Assembly (NCBI RefSeq): GCF_963921235.1
Contig: NC_086106.1
Location: forward strand, 20,460,001-20,524,000
DNA from: Mobula hypostoma
Lineage: Eukaryota
Direction: 5' to 3'
Length of the DNA: 64,000 bases
The first letter of the stretch is position 1, and every line of letters starts with the position of its first letter. The position numbers were made by a program, and so were the translations under genes. The notes under the pieces were generated by a model. The model ran no database searches, was not told where the DNA came from, and worked only from the letters and a program-made list of their open reading frames with translations. Below are positions 12,359-23,489 of this stretch, in pieces.

Positions 12359-12389
12359 CGTTTGCAATCACTTAGGTGGATCCAGCGGC

Positions 12390-14040
12390 TGTGCCCTGAA
12401 ACCTTAATAGTCGTCGGTATTTGCAGTAGTATCTGGAATGGCCCTTTCCACCCGTATCCAAGCTTGGAGTGCTCCCAATCCCTGATCAGTACCGATTCTC
12501 CAATTTTCAACTCCGGCCTCTCCGTTCCCTAACGTTCAGGCTCCTGAAGGGTATTCTGTACTTGGGAGTGAAGAAACTTTGGAGAGAATGTTAGTTCGCT
12601 AAAGTACTTCTGCAATCCGTCCCCCATGACATTTAGATCAATTTTGGTGCGAGACTACATGTCAGCGGCCTATAGGGTCCTTCCAGGACGCCCATAAACA
12701 ATTTCAGCTGCAGATACACCTGTAATGGAGTGTGGAGTAATTCTCATATGGTATAAAGCCAGCGAAAGGACCTTCAGCTAACTCAGTCCGGTTTCGGACA
12801 TTAACTGAGACAGCTTGTTTTTCAGGGTGTCGTTGGCCCGTTTAACTATTCCTGCAGCCTTCGGGTGGTAAGTACAATTCAACTGCGGTTCGATGCGCAG
12901 CACCTCACATAACTTTTTATTTACATTTCCTACAAAGTGAGGGCTATTATCCAAACTCATTTGTCTGGGCACTCTGTAAGTAACAACCTTACCACCGTAG
13001 AAGCTTTATTATTGGCGGTGGGAGAGGCTTCAATCCATTTACCGAACACATCTACAATCACTAAACAGTGCTAATAACAGTGTACGCGCAGTAGTTCCAT
13101 GAAAGCAAGCTGAATACATTCAAAAGGGCCACTTGGCAAGGAGTTTTCCCTTTCCTGCGTTTGTCTTTTGGCAAATAAAACAGGCTTATATATTTGCAGC
13201 AGCCTCCTCCATCCAGCGGTGCCACCATGTGCGGAGCAAAATATTACTCATTCCCACCTGGCCGAGGAGGGTGTCCGTAAGCAAGCAATTGAGCAATATA
13301 GGCAGCAATGCATCAGGAATACAAAATGGCCAATTGGGGTATGCCAGAGGCCTGTCGACACCGAACACGTACATCCGTGTGTCTTCCAAAGTTGATTTTC
13401 TGAATCAGGAGCGTCCTCCTGGAATTTTTGAACTGTAGCCCTGTCTGGAGAGCCCGGCGCTCGTGGTGTTTTAGTCAGGGTGAAGGCCAATCGATCTGCA
13501 GTCAAAACAGTAGCAGTTGCATCCTGCGCAGCCTGCTTGGCTGCCAAATCAGCCCTGCTATTCCCTTTAGTCACTGCAGATTCGTCTTTTAGATGACCCG
13601 AACATTTAATAATGGCTAACGAGATCACGTATCCCCAGGAATGCAGAGCATTCAGAAGCGTATTGGTGTCCCGCACGTTTGAGGTTTCTGACGGGCTTGC
13701 CAGTAGAAGTTCATCTACGTACTGTATTACCGTAGATCCCCCGAGAAATTGTAAATCTCTAAGCTGCCAATGTAATATACGTGAGAAAATGGTGGGGGAG
13801 TGCACGAACCCTTGGGATAACCTAGTCCAAGTGTACTGCTGATCTTGAAAGGTAAATACAAAAAGGTACTGTGACTCATGAGCAAGGGGTATTGCAAAAA
13901 ATGCATGCTGCAGATCTACTATAGTAAAGACTTGGGAGTCCGGTGGAATGTTGCTTAAGATCGTAGCGGGATTAAGGTCCACCGGATGTATAGGCTGTAC
14001 AATTTCATGCTTTTCTGTGTGAAGTCTCTGCCGTGACTCC
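12390..14040 (-). pseudogene. pol: ERV pol relic: RT core, RNase H tail, integrase (protease and part of RT deleted)
   Basis: VDLQHAFFAIPL...YTWTRLSQGFVHSP...QYVDELLLAS; KCSGH...GNSRADLAAK; DNSPHF...YHPKAAGIVKRANDTLK. Confidence 0.88.
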
Positions 14041-15437
14041 GGAAATGCTCAACTGCCCTTTTCATAGCCTGCTTGTTCCTATCGGATCATTCCATATCAG
14101 TTCTAAAAGCCTTGGACACATCCTCGGGGGACACTGCAATATCATCGAATTAAACCTGGGCGAAGTATTGCCGGCATTATAAGCGGCATCTCCAGCGTCG
14201 GTTGCATAAACGGAGCAGAAGCGTTCCCAAAAATCGCAGCCATCCTCTCCAGCCTTTGGGCGGCATTCGAGGACCTTAACGATGTCTACGGGGTGCTGCA
14301 AAGCTTTCTTTAGAGCCTTCTTTATTTTATCCACCGGTTCTGCGGGTGGGGTTGCCGTGCAAAAGGACTCCCAATTGGCATGATTCCCCATAGCTCCCCT
14401 CCATTTTTCCTGCTCACTGGTCGTAAGAGCCATGCAGCTCAAGCTAAGAAGATCATTGGGAGTTCCCTCAAACATTTGGATTGTGCCAATCATAAATACC
14501 TCAGGATCATTTTTCCTGTTGGGGGCCTGATTCACGATCATACCCATCTCTTGGGGCTTCCAAGGACTATAAACCTGCATGGTAGCCGCCTGGTCCGGCT
14601 GTCCTACCCTAGGATTGGGAACGGTCCCGTTGGAAAATTGCCCCGCGATTCCTCTCCCCCTGAGTCCGGGGACCCACTCTGGATTGTCATCGTCAATACC
14701 AGAGTCATGATCAGTATTCGTCTCAGGGTCTATCAGGGGTCTGTCTCCCACCGAAAGTTTTCGCCGCCTCCTAGCCTGGCGCCTATTACTTCCCCTTCGC
14801 CGAAGTTGTCCTCTGGCTCGGGAGGCTATTGGTTATTCGGACGCGGCTGGGGATGGACAGTGGTAACGTTATATGCGGGTGCGGGGCCGTGGGCTGGGTT
14901 CGAATGTGCTGCTCAGTCTCATTATCATTAAAGAGCATGGGCAGTCAGACAGGTCAAGAGGTTTCCTCAGTTTTACCTTTGCCGGCTTCATCCTCAAGCT
15001 TCCGTTTATCCTTAGCCCACCTATCTCTTGTCTTCCTATCCTGTTTTTCCTTATTCTATTTATAATCCTCACACCGTCCGTTTAATATCTCCCACAGTTT
15101 CGAATTTCTTTCATTGTCACATACACTTATCCCTCTGCGACGTGCGTTATGCTCCCAACTACTTTGCTTGGATCTATTATTTAGTTCTTCTGCCGTTTCT
15201 CTCTAATTGGACATTAAAACCTTCCATTTTTGTCCTGTATTACGTTTCCAAATTGCTTCTTCTGCCTTTAGATATTTATCTATATCCCAGGTTCCACCCA
15301 GAGCCCAAATTTCACTCTCCAACTTCTCATTTAATCATGCTGATAAACTTCAGTAATCATTCTCTCTCACTGGGTCATCGCTTACAAAGTTTAAACAATG
15401 GCGTTTTGATTGCAGACTTATCTAATGGTTGCCCCAT
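14041..15437 (-). pseudogene. gag: ERV gag relic
   Basis: Starts ATG GGG CAA (MGQ, myristoylation-type start) at 15437 with early stops. ORF 14062-14751 (VYSPWKPQEM...APNRKNDPEVF). Position lies between PBS and pol. Confidence 0.65.
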
Positions 15438-16269
15438 ACTTCCTAGTCGGGTGGGTCAGCCGCCTCCTTTTCTCATTCCCACTTCAGGTTCCTGACCTCC
15501 GCATGGGTGATTTCCCCTCTTAACAATTGGTCTAAGGCTGGATGCTGATACTTCAGAGTGCGGCTTTACCACCTTAAGATCTATAACCCCTACTCCCCGT
15601 CATTCTTGTGCCGTGTCTCTCTGCACCCACTTCAAGGTCCTGACCTTCGTGTGGGAGATTTGCCCTCTTACCAACCGGCCTAAGGCAGAGTGCTGAGACA
15701 GGCAAATTGTCACAAGTGTACCCCGAAATGTATTTACAGCATCCGGATAAATTGCAGGGGAGTGCCACTTCCCCGTGTTTGGCCAAACGTCCGCTCTACC
15801 CTGTGGTGGTCAATTTACTGCGCTACACACCCCGGACCCCCACGCCAATGACAATGGTTACCATTTCCAAAATTTAGTAGGTTAGAACCTCCAACCCGCT
15901 GACCAATTTGCTGTAACACAGTCAAAGAAAAATACAATAGATCACTACCAACGATCCGCTGCCCAATTTGTTAGCACCGGCAGGCTTTGATACTCGCAAT
16001 ACTTCGTCGGGGACTCTAACAACTTACCTTACCTTACCTTACACTACGTCGGGGACACTAACCCCTCGTTTAACCTGTGGTATTCGGACGATCCTCAACT
16101 CTGGTTTAGGAAGGAGTCCATCAGAGGATTACATACCAGACAAAGGGATCGTCAAGGTGGGCAATTAATGAGAGAGGTCAAGGTAACTCTTACCTTGTGG
16201 GTCCACCCGTCTCAGATCACCGCCACCGAGTCGAACTCTGACGCCGCCTCACGGGGATGCCTCGTCTTG

Positions 16270-16291
16270 GACTCCTGGCTTTGGCTCGCCA
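16270..16291 (-). promoter_or_regulatory. Primer binding site, tRNA-Arg(ACG)-like
   Basis: Plus strand GACTCCTGGCT(TT)GGCTCGCCA equals the 3' end of vertebrate tRNA-Arg(ACG) with a 2-nt insertion, 3 nt from the 5' LTR. Confidence 0.8.
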
Positions 16292-16294
16292 AAT

Positions 16295-16901
16295 TGTCCT
16301 ACTGGATCGACAGGTGCAAAGACATCGTACCACAAATACACTAACAGACGTAATTCTTTTTCAAACCTTTATTTTATACTCATAGCATGCTATGGGGGAA
16401 GTTACAGACTGATCTCCCAAAAGAGGCAGTCCAGGCACTGCCCCTGAATTACTCAATTCTCCACAATTTATAACATTCATCAGGTCGCAGGAAATCTTAG
16501 GATTGCAAGTTTAGATAATACTAGAATCATTTCAATTACATGCAAAAATACAATTATATGTAATATAATCATTGGCTAAATAGTTATAATTATTTTAAGC
16601 CAATGCTAGCCCATCAGTTCATCATTCAGACACCTTCCACTTTTCCCCAGAACAGTCTAGCCCTTACACTATACTTCCCATATTTAGCTATACCTTGAGA
16701 TGCTTCTGCATGATCAGATAGTTCTTTACTTGACCCTTTGCCTATCTTTATAGAACAATGACTGGCACGTCACCGGTTGCCGGGTAAAGCTTCTATTTGA
16801 CTGTCCAAAACAGTAAGCTAAGGCGCCCACAAGGTGATTGACCATTGGTTAATCATTGTTCAGAGTCTTTACCCCTATTTACCTATCCCTTCACTCCATC
16901 A
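16295..16901 (-). repeat. ERV 5' LTR (607 bp)
   Basis: Begins TGATGGAGTG on minus, followed by the PBS. Confidence 0.9.
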
Positions 16902-16997
16902 CCTGTACCTATTTCCAGACTATGCACTCCGGATCCGATTTATACCTATGGTCGTAGGGTAGTGATCGGCAGAATCGAACGAAGAGCCTAGTGCAAA

Positions 16998-17063
16998 GTG
17001 TTCTGTTGCTGTAGATATTGAGAGCCGTTAGCTCTCACAGTGAGGCATACCATGAAATAGCCG
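16998..17063 (-). other. Degenerate D1 slot (cluster A)
   Basis: Plus strand gtgttctgt, 29 nt, cacagtg, 12 nt, aaatagccg. About 400 bp from the V RSS, at the same position in all four clusters. No recognisable 3' heptamer. Confidence 0.4.
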
Positions 17064-17456
17064 ATATGATACACTGACGGACGGTAACGTCCGACCCTCT
17101 CGCTATCTCTCAGCAGATCACCTTCAGTCAAATCGCGCCAATACACCAATGTTTCTCTTGTCATTAATGCTCTGCATACCCCCACCATTTGTTGTAACAT
17201 GTAGAAGAAAGACCGACACATGAAAAGGTGGACCAGTGAACCCATTCCCACACATGGCGCTTGGCTCCGAGCTGCCGTCTGAAGTGATCAGCTGAGACCC
17301 TCGGCCCATCCATCCAGCATCTCTTCTCTGGAATCACCACTGAGAACTCGCTTTCCATTGCGTGGACGAGCGGATGTGGCCCTTAACGACCTGGATACAG
17401 CTGATGCGATCACTACTGACCTTTCCCTCTCCGACCTACCGGCCGCGATTTCACTG

Positions 17457-17495
17457 GGTTTTTGTCTCGGTCTACTCCCGATCTCTCTCACTGTG
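17457..17495 (-). promoter_or_regulatory. V RSS, perfect consensus, 23-bp spacer
   Basis: Minus strand CACAGTG-23-ACAAAAACC. Confidence 0.97.
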
Positions 17496-17793
17496 TATCT
17501 CGCACAGTAATAGGTGGCCGTGTCGTCCAGTCTCAGGTTGTTCATTTGCACATAAACTGTGTTGCTGTCCTTGGAAACCTCGAATCTGCCTTCGACTCCA
17601 GGAGCGTATTTTTTGTTACCGTTAGCCCATACAGCGGCCACCCATTCCGGCCCTTTCCCTGAGACCTGTTTCACCCAGTACATGTCATAGCTGTTGAGGC
17701 TGAACCCACTGACTGCACAGGTCAGTCTGTGGGACTGTCCGGATTTTACGATCGCCGACTCGGGCTGTTTCAGCACGATATCAGACTGCACGC
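17496..17793 (-). CDS. IGHV: IgH variable exon (IgW-like VH), cluster A copy 1, open frame
   Basis: TTGACAG acceptor, then GVQS|DIVLKQPES...TC...YWVKQ...EWV...DTATYYCAR, directly followed by an RSS. IgW versus IgM assignment is from recalled framework style only. Confidence 0.95.
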
Positions 17794-17904
17794 CTGTCAA
17801 CAAAAGAAGAGCAGAAATTGATAAAAATGTTCCACGAGCATAGATTCACAAAGCCTGCGAGAAACAGTCTGCCTCGGGTAGATAATAAATTGTGGGGCAG
17901 AGAC

Positions 17905-17980
17905 CTGGAAGGCAAAACAGGAGGAGACAGAAATAAGGAATGCCCCATATCTTGCTGAGCACTGAATCCGACTTCGACAT
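17905..17980 (-). CDS. IGHV: VH leader exon
   Basis: ATG at 17980 gives MSKSDSVLSKIWGIPYFCLLLFCLP+G, then a GT donor. The phase-1 111-nt intron joins in frame to the V exon. Confidence 0.7.
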
Positions 17981-18231
17981 TTTTGAGATCAGCTGCTTTA
18001 GCTGATACCGGATTTATCGCGTCCCCCGAGAGCGCTGTTCAAATAGAGACGTTGACTGCCAGTGAGAGGAGGAGCCGCGGTTTGTAAAGGCCCCCACGCA
18101 ATGAAACCAGAGACACAGATTCCTGTCCCCGCCCCCAGAAGAAATTACAATTTTCCAAAATATATTTGTTTCTGCACAGGAAACAGGTCAGCGGCAGTGA
18201 GCAGATCCGGTTTGACAGGGCTGAGAGTCGC

Positions 18232-18545
18232 CCGCCAGTGGACAAACGTCACCCTGTGAGACAGGAAGTGTGAGACACCGGTCAGTGGACAGAGATTCCT
18301 CTGAGAGACAGGAACTGAGAGATTCTAGTCAGTGGACTGGTGTCGCCCTCCACTACCCCCCACTCCCCATACAGCGACTAACAGACTAGTCAGCGGACAG
18401 ATAAATTATGAGAGACAACAACTGAGAGACACCAGTTAGTGGACAGATATTGCTCTGAATGACAGGGACTGAGTACACTAGTCAATGGGCAGATGTCCTC
18501 CTTTGGGACACCACTTCGAGAGACACTGGACTGTGCACGGAAATG
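18232..18545. repeat. Degenerate minisatellite upstream of V (core GAGACACC-GTCAGTGGACAGA)
   Basis: 5-6 imperfect units of about 45-60 bp; homologues at 25775-26125 and 56043-56345. Confidence 0.65.
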
Positions 18546-19835
18546 TAATAAACAAAAAGCTCACGGTGTATATGCGATTATTCAATTGTCGGCATATTAG
18601 GACCAATGTTGGAAAGCACACTTCGGGTCACGAAAGGATGACACCGTCAGATGATATTTGGATATGCTCATGTTTACAGAGGGTCATTTATAAGTTAGAA
18701 TTTGGGAAATCGACCATGACTGTATTATCATATATGAAGCCAAAATATTAGCTGCATGGCTGAGTGGTTCTGGAGATTCCAGAAATGGAGAATAGATTTC
18801 ACCTATTGCCTGAGATGGACGTCTTTCATTACGTGGAGAGTTTGAATAAGCTGAATGTAATTTCGCTGGAACGCTAAATCTAACGTTAATGAATTTTATA
18901 AAATTGTGAGCAGTACAGAGCAACCAGAATCCGTTTCCCAGGGCACACGAGGTTACAACCAGAGGACACAAGTTTCTGGTGAGAGGGTCAGAAAGTAAAG
19001 AATATCTTAGCGATATTATCCCATGCACGGGGCTACGGTTATTCCCAACGACTTTCCAGGTAAGGTGGGGCAGCTGATACCATACGTTGATTTAAAGACA
19101 GCTGTGAAGGTCAATGAATAGGAAAGGCAGAACAGTGATGGGTGACAAACCTACAAATGAAATGATGGTATATAGGCATCTCGGGAGGCCGAGAAATCCA
19201 TTTCCTGTGCTGTAAGACATTTTGATTCTCTTCCACGGCATCCTGTACACGCTGAAATATTGCACCCTGAGGTATTATGGGACTTGCCCTTCTCTCAATA
19301 CTTTTAAGGTGGTAATAATGGTGGTCATCCTGGCCTGCCGGGCATATCTTCCTGCTCTGCATTTGGACTTGGGTAGGTAATTTTATTTAAGTTAATTTGT
19401 TCGTATATTTACTCTCCAACTGTTATTGGACGATCACTTTATACGGTCTATTTCTACGGTGGACCGTGTTTATCCCTTCTCCGCCCAACCATTTGCTCGA
19501 CGCTGCTTCCTCTGTCTCGTTCCAAGTTCTGACAGAGACTCCTTGAACTGAAACATTAACCCAAGTTTCTCGCCTGCGGTGGATATGATCTGACCTCCTG
19601 AGCATTTCCAGATTTATTTTTGAAATCCCAACGTCTGTTGTTTTTTTTCTTTCAAATTTGTTATGACAATAATGTGTTTCCGGGGGTGGGTAATGACTCA
19701 AGCATTAAATTCCACAGACAGCCCCGCTTGAGATTAATAATATAAGACTGTAACACTCAGTACATAGAATATACAAACTGTAGAACTATATAGGCAATGC
19801 CCATTTAGCTTGCGTCTGTCTGTGGCAATTATGAT

Positions 19836-19984
19836 CTCCCCCTCCCCCTCTGACTTTCAAATCTCTTACTAACTCTTCCTTCAGTTAGTCCTGACGAAGG
19901 ATCTCGGCCTGAAACGTCGACTGAAACTCTTCCAATAGATGCTGCCTGGCCTGCTGCGTTTACCAGCAACTTTGATGTGTGTTG
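19836..19984 (+). mobile_element. Elasmobranch SINE/LINE 3' tail, copy-1-specific
   Basis: cctgacgaaggatctcggcctgaaacgtcgac...gatgctgcctggcctgctg, flanked by the 16-bp TSD ctgtggcaattatgat. Single site in copy 2 (~58250). Confidence 0.85.
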
Positions 19985-20089
19985 CTGTGGCAATTATGAT
20001 GCTCTTTTTAAGCAGCATATCCGCCTACAGCCTGAAAGATGCATTGTCTGTGAAATTGTCTCTTAGATGTTGCATTCATACCCGCTTCC

Positions 20090-21180
20090 AAATGTTCTGC
20101 TATAGTTCCAGGTACTTTCAGTCTTCGCAGTTTTAAAAAAAAACTTCTCGTGTATCTCGTGTAAAAATGCTTGGCGGCAATTTTATTTGCTAACATTTAT
20201 ACTGATTGACACGAACGATAACGGGATATACATTGTAGCTTCATTTAGCACACTCCTTCCAGAGGCGCAAAACCTTGTAGGGTTTGGACGCTTAGGTCCC
20301 TCGATGACGCTGACGGCCTGGTGCTCTGGCGCTTCGTAGGATCACTTATGCCATAGACGTCAATCCGTAGAGGCTGCGCTCCGTGCTATAGACCGGTCCT
20401 CTAAGTCCGTGGGCTGGGGTTCAGCACAGTGCAACAGCCATGACAAGTGAAAAAAGGACGAAGAGTTCCTCATATGAAGTGACACACTGAAGAAGGACTT
20501 AGCAATCTAACACCACGACAAAACTTCTGCTGAAGCTCTAGATCTTCGCATTTTTTAAAAAAATCTGTTTTATCCTCTTGATATCCTCTCTTTCATCTTA
20601 AATCAACGTGGCCGACGATTTCACAGCTCTACCTTGGTATTAAAGATATTATATATATCACCAGCTCGACCGACAGGCTTTATTGCTCAAGAAAATGCAA
20701 TTCTAGTTTGTCTAAGCTCCCCCTCATATATCATACATGCCAATCCAGAAAACATACAGTTGACCCACTTCTGTGCCATATCCAAAACCTCACATCCTTC
20801 CTAAAATGTGACGAGAACGGTTCGCAATACTGAAAATATGGTCGAGCCAAAACTTCATATAGCTGCAAAAGTATTTGCAAATGCTCAATGGCAGATGCGA
20901 AAACGGGATATATGCTTCAGGCTTCATTTAACACACTCCTCCTAGAGATTTGGAAGCTTGCGTGCCCCAGTGACCCTGCGGGCCTTGTGCTCTGGCGCGT
21001 GGTAGGTTCGCTCATACCATGCAGGTCAAATTGTAGAGGTTGCGCTAAAAGCGATACACCGGTCCTCTAGATCCTGGGGCTGGGGTTTAGCTCAAGGCTA
21101 ACAGCCCCGACAAGTGAAAAAATGGACGAAAGTGACCCTCATATGATGTGACACACTGCGGAAGCAATCGCTGATTTGGG
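20090..21180. repeat. Old ~0.7-kb tandem duplication containing decayed CR1 sequence
   Basis: Two related units (20230-20520 versus 20900-21180); fuller pair at 58330-59750. The gtgacccacttctgtgccatatcc block is the reverse complement of the CR1 RT 3' region. Confidence 0.55.
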
Positions 21181-22299
21181 GAAGGCGCTGGCATATTTTT
21201 GGTTTGCAGATGTCAATGAAAAACGAATTGGTTTAATCGGATAAATTCAGCAAAATATTAAAAGAAATGAACAGCATAGTTGCCACGAATCAGTCTGACA
21301 GAATTTGGGTAAAGGTCATTGATGTGAAACAGTAACTCTGTTTCTCAAACCACATATGTTCCCTGAGCTGCCCAGTGTTGGCATTGCAAGAGAATTCGGG
21401 CAGATTTGCAGACGAAGATCTCATGCATCCCAGGACCAACAGGTGGTGAGTGCGTTTTGTCTGTATCTGAGTTCCTTGTGTAATTTAAAAAAAAAAACGA
21501 TCAAACTGACCGCCGGGATCTGGGGTGAAACGGGGTGCTGGAGATGCATGTGTTATCTCAGAGGAAACATGCAACGAAATTACGTTTGAGTATTTGTTCA
21601 AAATAATCGAGGGTGAATCAACCGATCGGGTGAGCTTCAATCTGATTGTTATCTGCATTGTATCAACTTGAAATAGCGGATAACCTGAACAACAGGTGGG
21701 TAAGTTTAGTTAGTCATCATCTAGACTCTTGGCTTTGCTGGTAAAGTCAGAGTGAATTATACATCTGGGTCGTCATTCAGAGAGCCTTTGGATGCAAACA
21801 CATTGATAGGCCAGGAGTTATGAAGAGGCTCGTCGGGTAACGCTGAAAGAGCTCTTTCCTCAACGATATCTGTAAATGATGTGAGTTTAACTTTGACAGA
21901 TTTGTTTTAGTGGTATTCGTGGACCGTTCTGCCATCTTCTGCGCTATTCATCTGATTTAATTTGCTGGCCTATTCTCCATCGTCCGAAATCCAACGTTCT
22001 GCTTTCCCATTTGTTTATTGTATGGATCGTGTCCGAGAAAACCTTTCTCCTTCGAAAACATCACAAGAATTGCCTGTATGTTTGTTATCACGTTAAAGTT
22101 TATTGATTCTGTTGTGTGCAGAATGGCTCCACATTCTCTGCTCTGCAACAGGGCCATATTTTGCAACTACGCCATTGTCCTTGAAGTGTTCGGGTACATT
22201 GTAAGGTACTCTGTAAATGTCAAGTCTGTACCTCACAACTACTCTTACCGACTTGCTGGTATATCTGGTTTCACGCCTTAGGAAATGTTTCATTGCTGA

Positions 22300-22749
22300 T
22301 GTATTGCATTGTGTTTAGTTTAAGACTAGAGATAAACGGGGCTTTGCAATGTGCGGCCTCCAGTGAGGGGGATGGTGTTCGTTATTGTGTGACCCAGAGC
22401 GAGAGACTTCGCGGGCTTTTGTTCAGGAGAAGATGGAGAGAGGAGATTCCAGAAAGGGAAGTCGTAGACTGCAGGACAGAGTTGACCGGGAATGTGGTTA
22501 GGAGTCGACGACGTCCGGGTGAAGTCAATGGAGAATGAACAGACAGGAAAACAGCGAGCTGCATCGTGCGCCTCAGACTGCTTTATTAAACTGGGCCCTT
22601 TTTCTTTACTAACCCTAGAGTTTCGAGGTTCTGATTCGTAACAGAGGAACACATCACGCAGCATCCACACAAACAAGACTTCCCAAGTTGTACTGGCCGG
22701 AGTCTTTAGTCCCCTAGACTAACGCCACTGGCCGAACCTGAGGGTTAAT
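22300..22749. mobile_element. Probable solo LTR
   Basis: The copy-2 homologue 60967-61498 has TGTAA...TTACA termini. Absent from the A-cluster flank. Confidence 0.45.
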
Positions 22750-23489
22750 CTGCTTTATGTGGAACGCACTTGTTAAACGAACCCACTCAGTATGGAGGAC
22801 GGCAAGGAATTATAGAGTCGGCTCTGTCTGTGAACTGAGAGCAAAAAAAGTTCTTTTGAACAGCAAAGTTCAATTCATGTTCCGTGAGTGTATGATGGGA
22901 CAGGTTAGGGGAAGTTTCACTCTTTGTTTACAGTCTAACGCCCCTGCACTGGCTGGGACGGGTAATGCAAAGGAATCTTTGTAACTACATTGTTTACTCT
23001 GGGGTGCTCGATGGAATCCCTATGAGGCAGAATTACGTAGATACACAGGATTAATACTGATTCCATTCAATGACAGAGCAGAGAGTTAGACCATTCATCC
23101 GATAGTGTTTCTGCTACCAATAGTTGATCTCTCTGCTCTGCTCTGTCTCATTACGAAAATCAGATCTCCACCAGTTCTCTCTCTACACTCACAATCAGAC
23201 ATCACGGTCATTCAGTCAGTGTGTTTCAGATCACAACCGTTCATCAATAAGCGTTCCCTTAAATGGACTCCTATTACACATTAATGACTTGAGAGCCACA
23301 TTAGCCACACTACCTACACTATTCCCGACAGCCATCCGCCATTGCAAGGATGCCTGGAATTTACGAAGGCCTTGTGTCTTCATTTCCCTCCCTTAATATT
23401 TCTATACCACATTCCCACGGCCTTCCCAATTCCGAAATTTATTCCCCGTGTATACCATCTGCACACCCATCGGGGCGTAAAACTAAAAT

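Larger units (their letters stand above)
10494..16901 (-). mobile_element. Endogenous retrovirus, class-I (gamma/epsilon-like), internally deleted provirus, copy 1
   Basis: LTRs at 10494-11010 and 16295-16901 (TG...CA). TSD CCTG (10490-93, 16902-05). PBS, PPT-like AAAACGGCGGAT, and gag-pol-env order on minus. Confidence 0.93.

Noticed and set aside
16270-16291. tRNA gene
   Set aside because: Only the 3'-terminal ~20 nt complement (a PBS); the same applies to the tRNA-Pro match at 33308.
17496-17793. Germline-joined VDJ gene
   Set aside because: V ends in an intact RSS and D and J are separate, so the segments are unrearranged.
18232-18545. CRISPR-like repeat/spacer pattern
   Set aside because: Vertebrate DNA with degenerate units and related spacers, and no cas genes; it is a minisatellite.
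19090-19262. Possible decayed Ig transmembrane exon (hydrophobic frames LYTIISFVG / LSYSLTFTAVFK; also about 56890-57060)
   Set aside because: Motifs sit in different frames, spacing does not fit the IgH TM consensus, there is no convincing donor and no C exons upstream.
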